Of a DNA stretch of 62,527 nucleotides, positions 20,061 to 30,341 are shown in pieces. The translations under genes and the position numbers were made by a program. Below the pieces are notes generated by a model. The model was not told the DNA's origin and ran no database searches. It saw nothing but the letters and a program-made list of their open reading frames with translations. Numbering within the stretch: position 1 is the first letter of the stretch; each line of letters starts with the position of its first letter. Origin of the DNA: Patescibacteria group bacterium (lineage in GTDB: Bacteria > Patescibacteriota > UBA1384 > JBBRAU01); assembly GCA_038206475.1 (NCBI GenBank), contig JBBRAU010000005.1:1-62527 (forward strand). The letters are read 5' to 3'.

Positions 20061-21113
20061 ATGGAGGAACCGCAAGCCGATCGGCGAGCAAAACGCCGTC
20101 GTATTCAGCGAGTCTTTTTGACCTCGCTTGTTTTGAACTCGGTGCTTATTGTGGCTGCCCTGATTTGGTTCCCGCTCACGACGCTGCACATCCATAAAGT
20201 CAATCAGCAGCTTGGCGAAACCAACAATCAATTAGCGGAAAGCCGGGCTGAAGCGAAGTCGGCCAGCAAAGAGGCACAGCAAAAAGCCGCCGAGGCGCAA
20301 ACCGCCTTACAGGCCCAGGCCAAAATTGCCGACCAGCTCAAAAATCAGCAGGCCCAGCTATCGCAAAATGCCGAAGAGCTGCAAAAATTGCGTAAGCGGC
20401 CTCCCCTCTTTTCCTTTAAAAATGACTCAGCCTCGGCTGACCGCTCGGACGACGAGACGGCCATTAAAACGCTCCTTGAGAGCAGTTTTGATGAGTTGAC
20501 CGCCCTTTACGGCTTCCCCTACCTGCTGCACCAAATCACGATCGATTTTGTTGACCAGTTTGACCGCATCGGCGTAGCCGGCGAAACCGAGATCGACAAC
20601 ACCACCGCCGGTTTTTCTATTACCATTCACCTCAAGGGCTTTTCACCTAACAGCTTTCAGGACATTAACACCGTCATCCATGAAACATCGCATGGCTTCC
20701 ATGGAGTGTCCGCCTTCAACCCGGTCGCTTATGAAGAGGGCATGGCCGTGGCAGTTGCTGACTTAACGATGGACCGGCTGCAAGCGCAGGATAAAATTCG
20801 CACCAGCGAGCGTTACCTAGACCAAAACGACCAGTCACTTGAGCTGCTACGAAACACCGTTAAAGTGCCGCGGACAACGGATGCTTTCTACCAAGGCACT
20901 GACGTCAGCAAGCGCTACCAAATTGTCGGTCGAGCCTTTTATGATTTAGAAAAGAGCAACCCAGGTTTTATGTTGCGCCTGAATGAGCGGACTTACGGTT
21001 ATGTCGCCACCGGCCAAGAGATGGATTACACCACCATGCGACGCTTCATTACTGATGCTTATACCGGCACCAATCCGGATCTGCTGCAGGTCAAGGGCAT
21101 TCTGCTGGACTAG
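20061..21113 (+). CDS. Membrane-anchored coiled-coil protein with a gluzincin-type Zn metallopeptidase domain
   Basis: TM helix, Gln/Ala coiled coil, HETSH followed by EEGMA. Confidence 0.7.
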   Translation: MEEPQADRRAKRRRIQRVFLTSLVLNSVLIVAALIWFPLTTLHIHKVNQQLGETNNQLAESRAEAKSASKEAQQKAAEAQTALQAQAKIADQLKNQQAQLSQNAEELQKLRKRPPLFSFKNDSASADRSDDETAIKTLLESSFDELTALYGFPYLLHQITIDFVDQFDRIGVAGETEIDNTTAGFSITIHLKGFSPNSFQDINTVIHETSHGFHGVSAFNPVAYEEGMAVAVADLTMDRLQAQDKIRTSERYLDQNDQSLELLRNTVKVPRTTDAFYQGTDVSKRYQIVGRAFYDLEKSNPGFMLRLNERTYGYVATGQEMDYTTMRRFITDAYTGTNPDLLQVKGILLD

Positions 21114-21254
21114 CGTTTGTCGTCGCCAAGCAAAAAACGTTCTTCGTGCGTAGCGCCCTTGTGTAACTGTTTGCGAAGCTACACTGTGGTCGCGGTAATA
21201 GTGAATATCAGAAACTTGCTGCCCGCCCCTGGGGCATGATACATATAGTGCTGT

Positions 21255-22097
21255 ATGGAAGATGACTTTATGGTCCGGAGCGGCCGACACGGCGGTGGCG
21301 GCGGTATGGGCTGGATAATCCTTATTTTGGCCGCCTTTGGCGTGGGTTTTGGTTTTTGGAGCGGTGCGCTTAAACTGCCGAACGTGGCTGGATCACCCAG
21401 CCCGTCCGCCAGTTTAGCCACGGCTGCGGCCACCACTGATCTGCCGAGCATCCCAGTTGGCCAAGCCGCCACCAATAAAAATAACAAAACCAAAACAGCC
21501 AACAGCACCGTCGGCACTATTACCGATAGTGCGCTGTCTGAAGCCATCCCGGGCGCTATGGTCGTTGTTGGCAGCAAAACTGATAAGCTGCCCAGCCGCT
21601 CCGATATATTCAACCCGTTTGAGCTGGCGGCCGAGTTTACGCTGCCGGACGACAATGTCTCCTACCAATACAATAAAGATGGCTACGTCATCAACATTGC
21701 CGACGGTCTGGGCGATGCCGTCATTATCGCTCCTTGCTACCAACCCAAAACGCTGAGTGTGGCTGAACTCAAAAAGACGCCGTCACAGACGCTCAAGCGC
21801 AGTTGTCCGGACAACAGTTTCTTCGGCCAGATTGTCGACAGCGTCTCCGGCAAGGGCATCGGGGGCAATATACTTTTATCAGCAACGATTGACGGCACAA
21901 AGCAGCTCAAAATTGATGACTCTGGCTATTACACCGCCTCGGTCAGCAATAAACAGAACCAAAACTTTAGTTTTAGCCTGCAGCTCGGTGGCTTCAAACA
22001 GGCCGGCTACAAAGGCGCGATTGACTCCAGCCAGCCGCCGTCCAATACTTGGCAAGACATTACGCTCATTCCAGCCACGGTTCAAAGCGGGGCGTAA
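21255..22097 (+). CDS. Membrane-anchored protein with carboxypeptidase-regulatory-like beta-sandwich domains
   Basis: TM helix, Ser/Pro/Thr linker, GTITDS...IPGAMV and GQIVDS...GIG...DDSGYY repeats. Confidence 0.6.
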   Translation: MEDDFMVRSGRHGGGGGMGWIILILAAFGVGFGFWSGALKLPNVAGSPSPSASLATAAATTDLPSIPVGQAATNKNNKTKTANSTVGTITDSALSEAIPGAMVVVGSKTDKLPSRSDIFNPFELAAEFTLPDDNVSYQYNKDGYVINIADGLGDAVIIAPCYQPKTLSVAELKKTPSQTLKRSCPDNSFFGQIVDSVSGKGIGGNILLSATIDGTKQLKIDDSGYYTASVSNKQNQNFSFSLQLGGFKQAGYKGAIDSSQPPSNTWQDITLIPATVQSGA

Positions 22098-22125
22098 ACG
22101 TTCATATCTCCTTCTAGCGACTCAG

Positions 22126-22154
22126 AAAAAACGGCGGCTTGGCCGCCGTTTTTC
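22126..22154. terminator. Bidirectional terminator
   Basis: AAAAAACGGCGGC-TTG-GCCGCCGTTTTT. Confidence 0.75.
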
Positions 22155-22166
22155 ATTTCTGACAGA

Positions 22167-22352
22167 CTACCTTTCGTCGTTCGCCCGGGGTTGCGGTTCG
22201 GCTTCATGTGAAGTAGCCACCTGTCGGTTGCGTAACAGCGCTATAATCACGAAAGCGACAAAGACGATAATTCCAACTGCAGCCGTACCAAGCAGTGTCA
22301 AGAAGGCAATGACGTGCGATAGCGGTGTACCGGCGCCGAGAAATTCGAGCAT
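22167..22352 (-). CDS. Small single-TM protein
   Basis: Hydrophobic helix with a polar tail. Confidence 0.5.
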   Translation of the reverse strand: MLEFLGAGTPLSHVIAFLTLLGTAAVGIIVFVAFVIIALLRNRQVATSHEAEPQPRANDER

Positions 22353-22434
22353 CAGAGCGCCTATTCCGAGAGGAAAGAGCCGGCCTTCAGTCCGCTAGGG
22401 CCGGAGCATGCCCCAGGCTTTAGCTTGAAGCAGT

Positions 22435-22869
22435 TCATTCACTGGCTTCTTTGGTGTTCGAAACCAGTTTTGTTTGTCGGTTACTCATGCGAAGCTGCGC
22501 CTCTTCACGAGAGCCTTTTCGACGACGCGCCCGTTCAATCAGCTTGTCCAGAATGTGGTAGCGAATGCCTGAGATATTGGAGAAAATACGCAGCATAAAG
22601 ACAATAATAACCGCCAGGTAGAGATCGAGGGCCAGAGCGTCGCCCAAATAAGTCACGGCGGTGCCGAGCAACATATTCATAATTAAGCCGGACAGAAAGA
22701 TGGTTTGGTTATAATCTTTGTCGAGGTCGGCTCGGAGCGCGCCCAGAATTGAGTCTAAAATGCCGAGCAAGCCGACGGCGGTGTAGCGGGCCAACTCCGG
22801 CGGAATACTGACCGGAAAACGAAAGCCGAGCAAAATGCCAATAATCAGTCCGATTAACGCCATCCACAT
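22435..22869 (-). CDS. Small basic family membrane protein (Sbp/DUF1290)
   Basis: MWxxLIGLIIGILLG...YTAVGLLGILDSILGALRA...LDLYLAV...RIFSN pattern. Confidence 0.85.
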   Translation of the reverse strand: MWMALIGLIIGILLGFRFPVSIPPELARYTAVGLLGILDSILGALRADLDKDYNQTIFLSGLIMNMLLGTAVTYLGDALALDLYLAVIIVFMLRIFSNISGIRYHILDKLIERARRRKGSREEAQLRMSNRQTKLVSNTKEASE

Positions 22870-22959
22870 ACTCTCTCCTTGCTTGAGGTGCTTGTTAGCC
22901 CCACTATATCGTACGTCGTGGTAAAGAAAAACCCGCCTATGGCGGGTTAGGCGCTGCGT

Positions 22960-23493
22960 TTACCGCAGCGCCGATAAGTGGTCGATGGCTAGCAGATTAT
23001 TTGGGTCGGTCACTCGACAGCGGGCATCTTCCAAGCTCAGCCAGGCGCTGTCATAGTATTCGCGCTGATCAACCTGAAAACCGCTGCCGTCAGTCTTGAA
23101 CAAATGCCACAGGTCGAAATGGCAGCGGCAGACCTGTGGCGGGTTGTCGATGTCGGTGATAGTGGCCAAAAACGGCCCGCTGACCATCTGCCGATCGGGA
23201 ACTATCCCCAGTTCTTCTGCGATCTCCCGCAGCACGGTATCAAGTACTAACTCGGCCGGATCAATGTGACCGCCTGGGAATAACCACAGCCCGGCCTTTT
23301 TGTGGTGGCCAAGGAGAACCTGCTTCGTCTCGGGGTTGAACGGTACAAAGTAGGTCGCGAAGTGCGAGAGCTGGTTTTCCGTCCGGACCAAAAACGGTTG
23401 GCTCAAGCGCTCTCGGTAGCGCCGATGCGTTTTAGCGTTCGGGGTGAGTGTCCGGTAGTCGTACTGTTTCAGGTTGTGCAGTAGTGCATTCAT
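22960..23493 (-). CDS. NUDIX hydrolase
   Basis: Nudix box WLFPGGHIDPAELVLDTVLREIAEELG. Confidence 0.9.
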   Translation of the reverse strand: MNALLHNLKQYDYRTLTPNAKTHRRYRERLSQPFLVRTENQLSHFATYFVPFNPETKQVLLGHHKKAGLWLFPGGHIDPAELVLDTVLREIAEELGIVPDRQMVSGPFLATITDIDNPPQVCRCHFDLWHLFKTDGSGFQVDQREYYDSAWLSLEDARCRVTDPNNLLAIDHLSALR

Positions 23494-23519
23494 GGCTCCC
23501 CCGCTATTCTTCGGAGTGT

Positions 23520-24431
23520 TTAGGTGCGGCGGCGTTTCAAGTTTTGCCAGGAGACAAGCAGCATCGAGGCGTTGAAAATGGAGGAGTACGTTCCTGAGCT
23601 GACGCCGATCAGTAGTGCCAGAATGAAGCTGCGCATACTCGGCGCCCCAAGCAAGAATAGCGCCAACAAGGTCAAAAATACTGTCAGCGAGGTGTTGACT
23701 GAGCGAGCCAGGGTTTGCGTCAATGACAGGTCAACTACTTCAGATAGGCTTTGTTTGCCACCCGACAGCCGCAGGTTCTCGCGAATGCGGTCGAACACCA
23801 CAATGGTGTCGTGCACCGAGAAACCAAGCACTGTGAGCATCGCAATGACAAACAGGCTGTCTACCTCGACCCACAGCAGGAAGTGGCCGATGATTGAGAA
23901 TAATCCAGCCGTAACGAGCAGATCGTGCAGCAGGGCAACAATGGCCGCCAGGCCAAATTGCCAAGCCGAGGCAGGTTTGCGCACGCCACGAAAGGCGTAA
24001 GCAATGTAGAGCACAATAAAGACCGAGGCCACCACCACGGCTTTAACTGCTCGGGCTTGGGTGTTTGAGGAGACGGTCGGGCCAACCAGCGAGAAGCTGA
24101 CTTCGGTCACGCCGTCGGCGTCTTTGCTAAGGGCTAATTTTAGGGTGTCCAACCGGCTTTTAGCTTCATCTTGGTTTTTGGCTTCATAGCGCAAGAGCAA
24201 TTGCCGGTCTCCGCTCTGCTGGACGTGCAGGTTGGGTACATTCGTCGCTTCAACATCGTGCTGAATTTGGCTGATTGCCGTGCTGCTGTTTTGCCAGCCG
24301 AGCACCGCTTCGGCGCCGCCGACAAAATCGATGCCGAATCTGAGCCCCCAGAAGATCAACGCCAAGACGCCGGGGATAATCAAAATGAGCGACAGCAGGT
24401 AAAAGCGGCTGCGGAAGCGGACAAAGTTCAT
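23520..24431 (-). CDS. secF: Protein translocase subunit SecF
   Basis: GIDFVGG, VGPTV, HDTIVVFDRIRE, GTYSSIF motifs; overlaps the secD stop. Confidence 0.95.
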   Translation of the reverse strand: MNFVRFRSRFYLLSLILIIPGVLALIFWGLRFGIDFVGGAEAVLGWQNSSTAISQIQHDVEATNVPNLHVQQSGDRQLLLRYEAKNQDEAKSRLDTLKLALSKDADGVTEVSFSLVGPTVSSNTQARAVKAVVVASVFIVLYIAYAFRGVRKPASAWQFGLAAIVALLHDLLVTAGLFSIIGHFLLWVEVDSLFVIAMLTVLGFSVHDTIVVFDRIRENLRLSGGKQSLSEVVDLSLTQTLARSVNTSLTVFLTLLALFLLGAPSMRSFILALLIGVSSGTYSSIFNASMLLVSWQNLKRRRT

Positions 24432-25702
24432 ACGTTCTCCTGTGGTTTGCTCGTGAGCGGCTTGCCAGCCAAGTTGGCCGCGTTGTGGAAGCGTTCTGAT
24501 TGAATTAAGAGGCGCAAAAAGGTGCGTGTAACAACAATCGCCGTAAACAGTGAAACCAAAATACCGATAATTAAGGTGATGGCAAACCCGCGCACCAAGC
24601 CGCTGCCAAACCAGGCTAAGATTGTGGCCGTAATTAAAGAGGAGACGTTGGAGTCGCGAATGGAGGCCCAAGCGCGACGGAAGCCGTCCTCGAGGGCCAC
24701 CGTCAGCGATTTGCCGCGCCGCTGTTCCTCGCGCATACGCTCAAAAATGAGAATATTAGCGTCGACGGCCATACCTACCGACAGGATAAAACCGACGATA
24801 CCGGCCAAGGTTAAGGTAACCGGAATCAGCTTAAATAGCGCCAGGACAAACAAGGTGTACAGGCCAAGGGCTACCGTCGACAGCAAACCAGGCAGGCGGT
24901 AGAGCGTCACCATGAAGATGCCAACGGCGATAAAAGCGAGCAGGCCGGCCGCAACCGCTTGCTTGAGCGGGGCGTCGCCGTAGGTGGCGTCGATGTTGCG
25001 CTGCTCAGTCAGCTTGAGCGGCACTGGCAGCGCGCCGGAGTTTAAGACGCGGGCAATTTGTCGGGCCTCGTCAACCGACCCGTAGCCGGTAATGACGGCA
25101 TGGCCGTCAGCAATAGCCGACTGCACCGTCGGCGCCTGAACAATTTGGTTGTCGAGGATGATCGCAATTTGCTTGCCGATGTTGGCGCTGGTGGCGTCGG
25201 CAAATCTCTTTGTGCCGCCGGCGTTTAAATCAAGCGCCACTTCAGCCCCTTTGGTGCCACTTTGATCTATTTGGGCGGTCGCACGTTGCAGGTCGCCGCC
25301 GCCTATCACCTCTTGGCCGTCTTGGGTGACAAAGCTCAACTTGGCCGTTTGGCCAATTAATTTAACCGCCTGGTCAATATCCTGAATACCCGGTAGCTCA
25401 ACTAAAATGCCGCTCTTGCTGCCGATGCTAACCGTCTGTAGCAGCGGCTCAGACACGCCCAAGCTGTTGATGCGGCGGTCAATGACGTCGAGCGCACTGG
25501 AGAGGGCATTCTTTTGGTCGGCGGCGGCAATGCCGGTCATATCGGCTTCGTACAGCAGATGCGTGCCCCCTTGCAGGTCGAGGCCTTGGTGCAGCGTAAT
25601 GTCGTGGCCAAAAAACTTCGGCCCGCGCGGCAGGTCAACCAAAACGGCTAGGACCAATAGGGCGATAATCCAGAACAGGGTCCAGAGCGACTTTTTGATC
25701 AT
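24428..25702 (-). CDS. secD: Protein translocase subunit SecD
   Basis: GLDLQGG, RINSLGVSEP, SGALPVPL, GMAVDANILIFER, IRDSNVSSL motifs; SD GGAGGT. Confidence 0.95.
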   Translation of the reverse strand: MIKKSLWTLFWIIALLVLAVLVDLPRGPKFFGHDITLHQGLDLQGGTHLLYEADMTGIAAADQKNALSSALDVIDRRINSLGVSEPLLQTVSIGSKSGILVELPGIQDIDQAVKLIGQTAKLSFVTQDGQEVIGGGDLQRATAQIDQSGTKGAEVALDLNAGGTKRFADATSANIGKQIAIILDNQIVQAPTVQSAIADGHAVITGYGSVDEARQIARVLNSGALPVPLKLTEQRNIDATYGDAPLKQAVAAGLLAFIAVGIFMVTLYRLPGLLSTVALGLYTLFVLALFKLIPVTLTLAGIVGFILSVGMAVDANILIFERMREEQRRGKSLTVALEDGFRRAWASIRDSNVSSLITATILAWFGSGLVRGFAITLIIGILVSLFTAIVVTRTFLRLLIQSERFHNAANLAGKPLTSKPQENV

Positions 25703-25721
25703 GATGATAACCTCCGACTCG

Positions 25722-26435
25722 CTAGCGAGTGGTATCCGCGTGGTATTCAATCAACAGTTGGTACTCTTCCAAACTCGGAAAGACATCAGTCTGGAACATG
25801 GCGAAGCCATGGCTTGGAATATAGCGGAAAATGTCCGGTGCGAAAATGTACAGGCCGCGCGACTGTGCCTGGTCGGTGTAGCATACCGTGGCGACGCGGT
25901 TATTACGCTGGTGAAATTGAATAAAGTCAGATAGGTCAACCGCCGGACAGCTGAGTGAGTTCATAATCATCAAAGTGCCTGGGGCAAACAGCTGGCGGTT
26001 GTCGCGCAAGGCGCCGGCGTCGCCGGTTTCAGCGTGGCCAAAGCGTACGTCTAGGCCGCTGGTCTCTTCGGCCCCTAGAGACTCAGTTAAAACCCTGCCC
26101 CAGTAGCCAGTAATTAAGGCGAGCCGGCCAATGTGCATATCGCGGCAGCGGGCCAAATAGTCGGTTAGGCAGGGTTTGAATGTTTGCGCTTTGTCGCCGC
26201 CGGCCAAAAAGACGGCCTGCTCAACGCCGTTTTTGTCAAAAGCCTCCGACAGCATGGATTCTATAACGTGCGAACGATTGCGCAGGTAAACGCCGTCAAC
26301 TCGGCGGTCAACTAAATCCAGCAGCTCTGGCGAAATAGAAATAGTCAGCCGCTCTTTGTTGAGGAGCGGCGACGATGGCGTACGCAAACCGGTTGAGTTG
26401 TCGGTTTGGTCCGAATTGTCCGAAGTGTTTGTCAT
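25722..26435 (-). CDS. Ribbon-helix-helix DNA-binding domain fused to a degenerate sugar-phosphate nucleotidyltransferase domain
   Basis: ERLTISISPELLDLVD...NRSHVIE (CopG/NikR-like), then AVFLAGG, GDAGAL, FHQ...ATV, GLYIF. Confidence 0.7.
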   Translation of the reverse strand: MTNTSDNSDQTDNSTGLRTPSSPLLNKERLTISISPELLDLVDRRVDGVYLRNRSHVIESMLSEAFDKNGVEQAVFLAGGDKAQTFKPCLTDYLARCRDMHIGRLALITGYWGRVLTESLGAEETSGLDVRFGHAETGDAGALRDNRQLFAPGTLMIMNSLSCPAVDLSDFIQFHQRNNRVATVCYTDQAQSRGLYIFAPDIFRYIPSHGFAMFQTDVFPSLEEYQLLIEYHADTTR

Positions 26436-26469
26436 CTCTGTCAAACCTACGGTTTTTCACGTCAAGCCG

Positions 26470-27465
26470 TCAACCCTTGAAAAGTGGCAAAATCATACTT
26501 CTGCATACATCGTCATCAGATTTGCAAGATTCCAGAATAGTTGTTTTTTGCAAAGCGGAACGAAAGTCAATCGGCAGCGGGGCCTGAAAGACCATGTATT
26601 CACGAGACTGCGGATGACGCAGTCTGAGACTTGCGGCGTGCAAGGCTTGGCGGGTCAGACCTAACTGGCTGCTTAGCTCCCTGCAGCCGGCGGTGGTATA
26701 GGTGCGGTCGCCAAGCACTGGCCGTGAAATGCTTTTTAAGTGCACGCGGAGTTGGTGGGTGCGGCCGGTTACCGGCTCAGCGATCACCGCTGACAGTGTT
26801 TGACCACCGAACTCAAGCAGTGCACAGGGCTGAATGCGGGTGACGGCTGGTTTGCCGGCGGCGGTTACAGCCATCAGTTTACGGTTTTTGGCATGGCGCC
26901 CCAGCGGTTTGTTGATCGTCGTCGCTTCATCCACGCGACCGTGCACCAGGGCGATATACTGTTTAAAAAAGCGGTGTGCCTCTAGCTCTTTGGCGAGAAA
27001 GCGCAGGCTGGCGGTCGTTTTAGCCACCACAATGACACCGGAGGTATCTTGATCCAGGCGGTGGACAATACCTGGCCGGAGCAGTGAAATAGCGTTCGTC
27101 GGATCAAACACGGCTTGACTCATGGCTGGCCAGCGCTTGAGTAAGGCGTCGACTAAGGTGCCGCCATTGGTATGAGCGTGGGCTGGATGGACTACCACAC
27201 CGGCGGCTTTGTTGAGCACGATAATCGCTTCGTCTTCATGCAGCACGTCAAGTGCCGGCGCTGGTTTTACGGTCGCGGTTTCCGCTGCGGCCTCAGCTGG
27301 GATATCGCTCAGCGTCAGTTCGCTGTCCTCAGCGAGCGGAAAGTCAGGCTCGATGATAATGCTGCCGTCCACGGAAACGCGGCCGGCCGCAATTTGTTTT
27401 TGCCAAAACCCCCGTGAGTGCTCCGGGTGTTGTTTGGCTAAAACGCGATCAAGCCGCTCTGTCAT
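26470..27465 (-). CDS. RluA/RluD-family pseudouridine synthase
   Basis: S4 domain RLDRVLA, NKAAGVVVHP, IVHRLDQDTSG, TGRTHQLRVH. Confidence 0.93.
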   Translation of the reverse strand: MTERLDRVLAKQHPEHSRGFWQKQIAAGRVSVDGSIIIEPDFPLAEDSELTLSDIPAEAAAETATVKPAPALDVLHEDEAIIVLNKAAGVVVHPAHAHTNGGTLVDALLKRWPAMSQAVFDPTNAISLLRPGIVHRLDQDTSGVIVVAKTTASLRFLAKELEAHRFFKQYIALVHGRVDEATTINKPLGRHAKNRKLMAVTAAGKPAVTRIQPCALLEFGGQTLSAVIAEPVTGRTHQLRVHLKSISRPVLGDRTYTTAGCRELSSQLGLTRQALHAASLRLRHPQSREYMVFQAPLPIDFRSALQKTTILESCKSDDDVCRSMILPLFKG

Positions 27466-27615
27466 GCCACTACTGTAGCCGATGTTGACTAAATTATCTA
27501 CCTTCAGTATTTTGTTTTGAACGAGTGAGCCTCGGTCGCGCCGAGTGCGTAGCATTGTCGCCGCTTCCCGCCGCCTCGACGGGATTTTTAATAGCTATTC
27601 AGCTATATTTTGACC

Positions 27616-28884
27616 ATGCCTACAAACTACGACTCACAAAACATAAATACATCGAGAATCCGCTCGCTGCCCGCTCTTATATTCTCGCTCTTGCTGTGGT
27701 TTGTGGTGGCGGTTCTCTATATTGGCCGAACGCCGGCGACGGTGCGCACGCACGACTTTCAGGGACACATTGACTACGTGCGGCTGATCCAAATACAGCA
27801 CCGCCTGCCACACCCCAGTGAAGGCTGGGAAGGCTGGCAGCCGCCGCTCTACTACCTGCTGATGAGTCCCCTGTCACCCGGCAATCAGGCTAAGCACATT
27901 GTCCTGGTGCGCCTGGTCTCGGTTTTGCTCGGCATGGGCTTTTTAACTGCTGTCTGGTGGTGGCTCAAAGAGATGCGTCTGTCGGCGGAGTGGCAGGCGG
28001 CGTTAATAACGTTTTTGGCTACGACGCCGAAATTTCTCATCCACTTTACAACCTACAATAATGACAGCATGGTGGCAGCACTCTCGGCTTGGTTGCTCAT
28101 CTGCTTTTTGAGTCTCAGGCGAAAGTTTCGCTGGCCGCTGGCCGTCGTCGTTGTCCTCTTAGTCACCGCCGCACTGTACACCAAACTGACCGTCGTCATT
28201 TTGCTGGCCACGCTGGCACTTCTGACGCTGTCTGATCTGTTCACGCCTTCCCGCCGTCCCACGGCGCTGAAACTCATTGCTCTCGGGCTGGTTGCCGGTT
28301 TGCTGTACGCGCCGTGGCTGTTGCTGCACAACCTGCCGCTGTCCGGCAAATTATTCCCGGACAACTTTGGTCTGCTTGGCGACGCCATTAAACTGCAGCT
28401 GCCAACCTGGAAGATATTTCTGCCACCCGGATTTATCCATGGCCAGTGGACGACGCCGTTTGTTTACACCGGGCCGATTGTTGGCTTTATTGCTAAAGGT
28501 CACAACTACTGGTCGATGCTGCTTGCCACCGCTGCCCATGGTGAGTTCTCTTGGCCGCAGCCGAGTGTATTTTGGTTTTGGCTGGATATTTTAACGCTCC
28601 TTGGCGTTTGGTCGCTGGCAGCTTGGGGTACGGTTGCTAACCATTTCTCGCGCTTGCTGGGCGCTGTCACTTTTGGTGCGGTGTTCATCCTCGGCTTGTA
28701 CCCCATCGCTCATCCCTATATCCCCAACATGGACTGGCGTTTTATCGCCTGGGTCTGGCTGCCAGTAACCATGCTTGCCGGCTACGGCGTTAAACGTTTG
28801 GTTAACCGCAACCTGGCCTGGCTGCCAGGCGCTATTCTCGGCCTCGGCATTATTATCCATCTCGTCATTGCCGCTTCAGCTTAG
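27616..28884 (+). CDS. Polytopic GT-C (ArnT/PMT-like) glycosyltransferase
   Basis: HDFQGH, QPPLYY, NNDS, LYTK motifs; many TM helices. Confidence 0.75.
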   Translation: MPTNYDSQNINTSRIRSLPALIFSLLLWFVVAVLYIGRTPATVRTHDFQGHIDYVRLIQIQHRLPHPSEGWEGWQPPLYYLLMSPLSPGNQAKHIVLVRLVSVLLGMGFLTAVWWWLKEMRLSAEWQAALITFLATTPKFLIHFTTYNNDSMVAALSAWLLICFLSLRRKFRWPLAVVVVLLVTAALYTKLTVVILLATLALLTLSDLFTPSRRPTALKLIALGLVAGLLYAPWLLLHNLPLSGKLFPDNFGLLGDAIKLQLPTWKIFLPPGFIHGQWTTPFVYTGPIVGFIAKGHNYWSMLLATAAHGEFSWPQPSVFWFWLDILTLLGVWSLAAWGTVANHFSRLLGAVTFGAVFILGLYPIAHPYIPNMDWRFIAWVWLPVTMLAGYGVKRLVNRNLAWLPGAILGLGIIIHLVIAASA

Positions 28885-29591
28885 CGGCGGCGATTTTCAC
28901 GAATGATAGTGGCGGCTTGCCGCAGGCCGTCGCGCCAGCCGATCTTTTTCCCTTCGGCGTAGGTGCGCCCGTGGTAGCTGACCGGCACCTCAGTGTAGTG
29001 CCATTGCTCGCGACGGACGCCGGCGGCTACTCTGGCTGTCACCTCCGGATCAAAGCCAAACCGCTCTACCTTCAGGTTTGGCAGCACTTCGGCAATCACC
29101 TCGCGGCGAAAGGATTTGTAGCAGGTCTCAGAGTCGGTTATTGGCAATTGACTTAGCCAACGCGTTAGGGCAGATAGGCCGTGGTTGCCGAGGCGGTTGC
29201 TGGTGTACGGAAAGTGCCGCGGTTTGTCGCTTGGCAAAAAGCGCGAACCGTAAACCACATCAGCTTTGCCGGCCAGGTACGGCGCCAGCAGCGCGGCGTA
29301 ATCGGCCGGGTCGTACTCTAAATCGGCATCTTGGATGATAATAACGTCGCCACTGGCGGCTGCCAGTCCGGTCCGTACTGCGGCGGCCTTGCCGCGATTT
29401 TTGGCATGTTCTAGTAATGTGATGCCTGGGTAGCTTTTAACCAGCGCGGCAGTGTGGTCGGTTGAGGCATCATTAATGACGATAATCTCTTTCTTGAGGC
29501 CAACGCTGTTCGCTGCCTGCACGGCGTCAAGCAACTTCTTAAGCGTCGCGGCCTCGTTGTAGACGGGAATGATAATCGAAAGCTTAGTCAT
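28881..29591 (-). CDS. GT2 glycosyltransferase (polyprenol-phosphate glycosyltransferase-like)
   Basis: SIIIPVYNE, INDASTD, NRGK, QDADLEYDP, GSRF motifs. Confidence 0.92.
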   Translation of the reverse strand: MTKLSIIIPVYNEAATLKKLLDAVQAANSVGLKKEIIVINDASTDHTAALVKSYPGITLLEHAKNRGKAAAVRTGLAAASGDVIIIQDADLEYDPADYAALLAPYLAGKADVVYGSRFLPSDKPRHFPYTSNRLGNHGLSALTRWLSQLPITDSETCYKSFRREVIAEVLPNLKVERFGFDPEVTARVAAGVRREQWHYTEVPVSYHGRTYAEGKKIGWRDGLRQAATIIRENRRR

Positions 29592-29834
29592 CGTATTTAC
29601 GGTAGCATGCCGCGCGGTGATCAAAAACCCACCGACGGTGGGTGGATGAACAAAGCTCTTTACTCGGCAATACATATATGTGATTAATCAGTTGTTTGGG
29701 TACGCATGGGTAATTATAAATAAGTTAAAAATTTACGCGTTTGAGAGTAATTTAAAAGGCTTGGCACTATGGAAGCTGCCAAGCCTTTGAGTTTAGGTGC
29801 TGGCCGTTGATCACGGCCAGCACCTACTGCGCCC

Positions 29835-30341
29835 CTATATTCGACCCACGACACCGCGCGGGTCGAACTTCCACGCGTGCCAGTCGCAGCCTCGCGGCTC
29901 GACTGCGCAGCTAAACGTGCCGTCTCCATTGACGGTCAAGCCGTCAATGGAGAAGCCGAACGGAATCAGAGGACGGAGTTTACTCCGCCACTCCTCGTTA
30001 TCCCAACTCGGATCTGAGTTGGGAACGGGGCAGGACCCCAGGTCGCACAGGTGGGGTCGATACCCCACTCCGCAGGCCCTGGCGATCTCTTTGATCGCCT
30101 CGTGAGCATGCGCCCACGAGACAATTTGGAGCACCGGCACCGCATCGCGCCGGCGCGGGTGGAGGGGGCGGTAAATCACGTCCCCCTGGACCTGCGGGAC
30201 CCCCGTAGTCACTTCCGCGGGTTCGCCTGGCCCTTTGAGGGCGTAGGCGAACGGAAGGAAGTTGAACTGGGCAAGGTTGACATTGCCAACCTCGTACCAG
30301 TCCGTGGCCGCATTTCGCGGCCGGTACCAACCGACTTGCAT
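29835..30341 (-). CDS. Orphan hypothetical protein
   Basis: SD AAGGAGG; upstream TTGACA promoter and a perfect hairpin in the leader. Confidence 0.6.
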   Translation of the reverse strand: MQVGWYRPRNAATDWYEVGNVNLAQFNFLPFAYALKGPGEPAEVTTGVPQVQGDVIYRPLHPRRRDAVPVLQIVSWAHAHEAIKEIARACGVGYRPHLCDLGSCPVPNSDPSWDNEEWRSKLRPLIPFGFSIDGLTVNGDGTFSCAVEPRGCDWHAWKFDPRGVVGRI

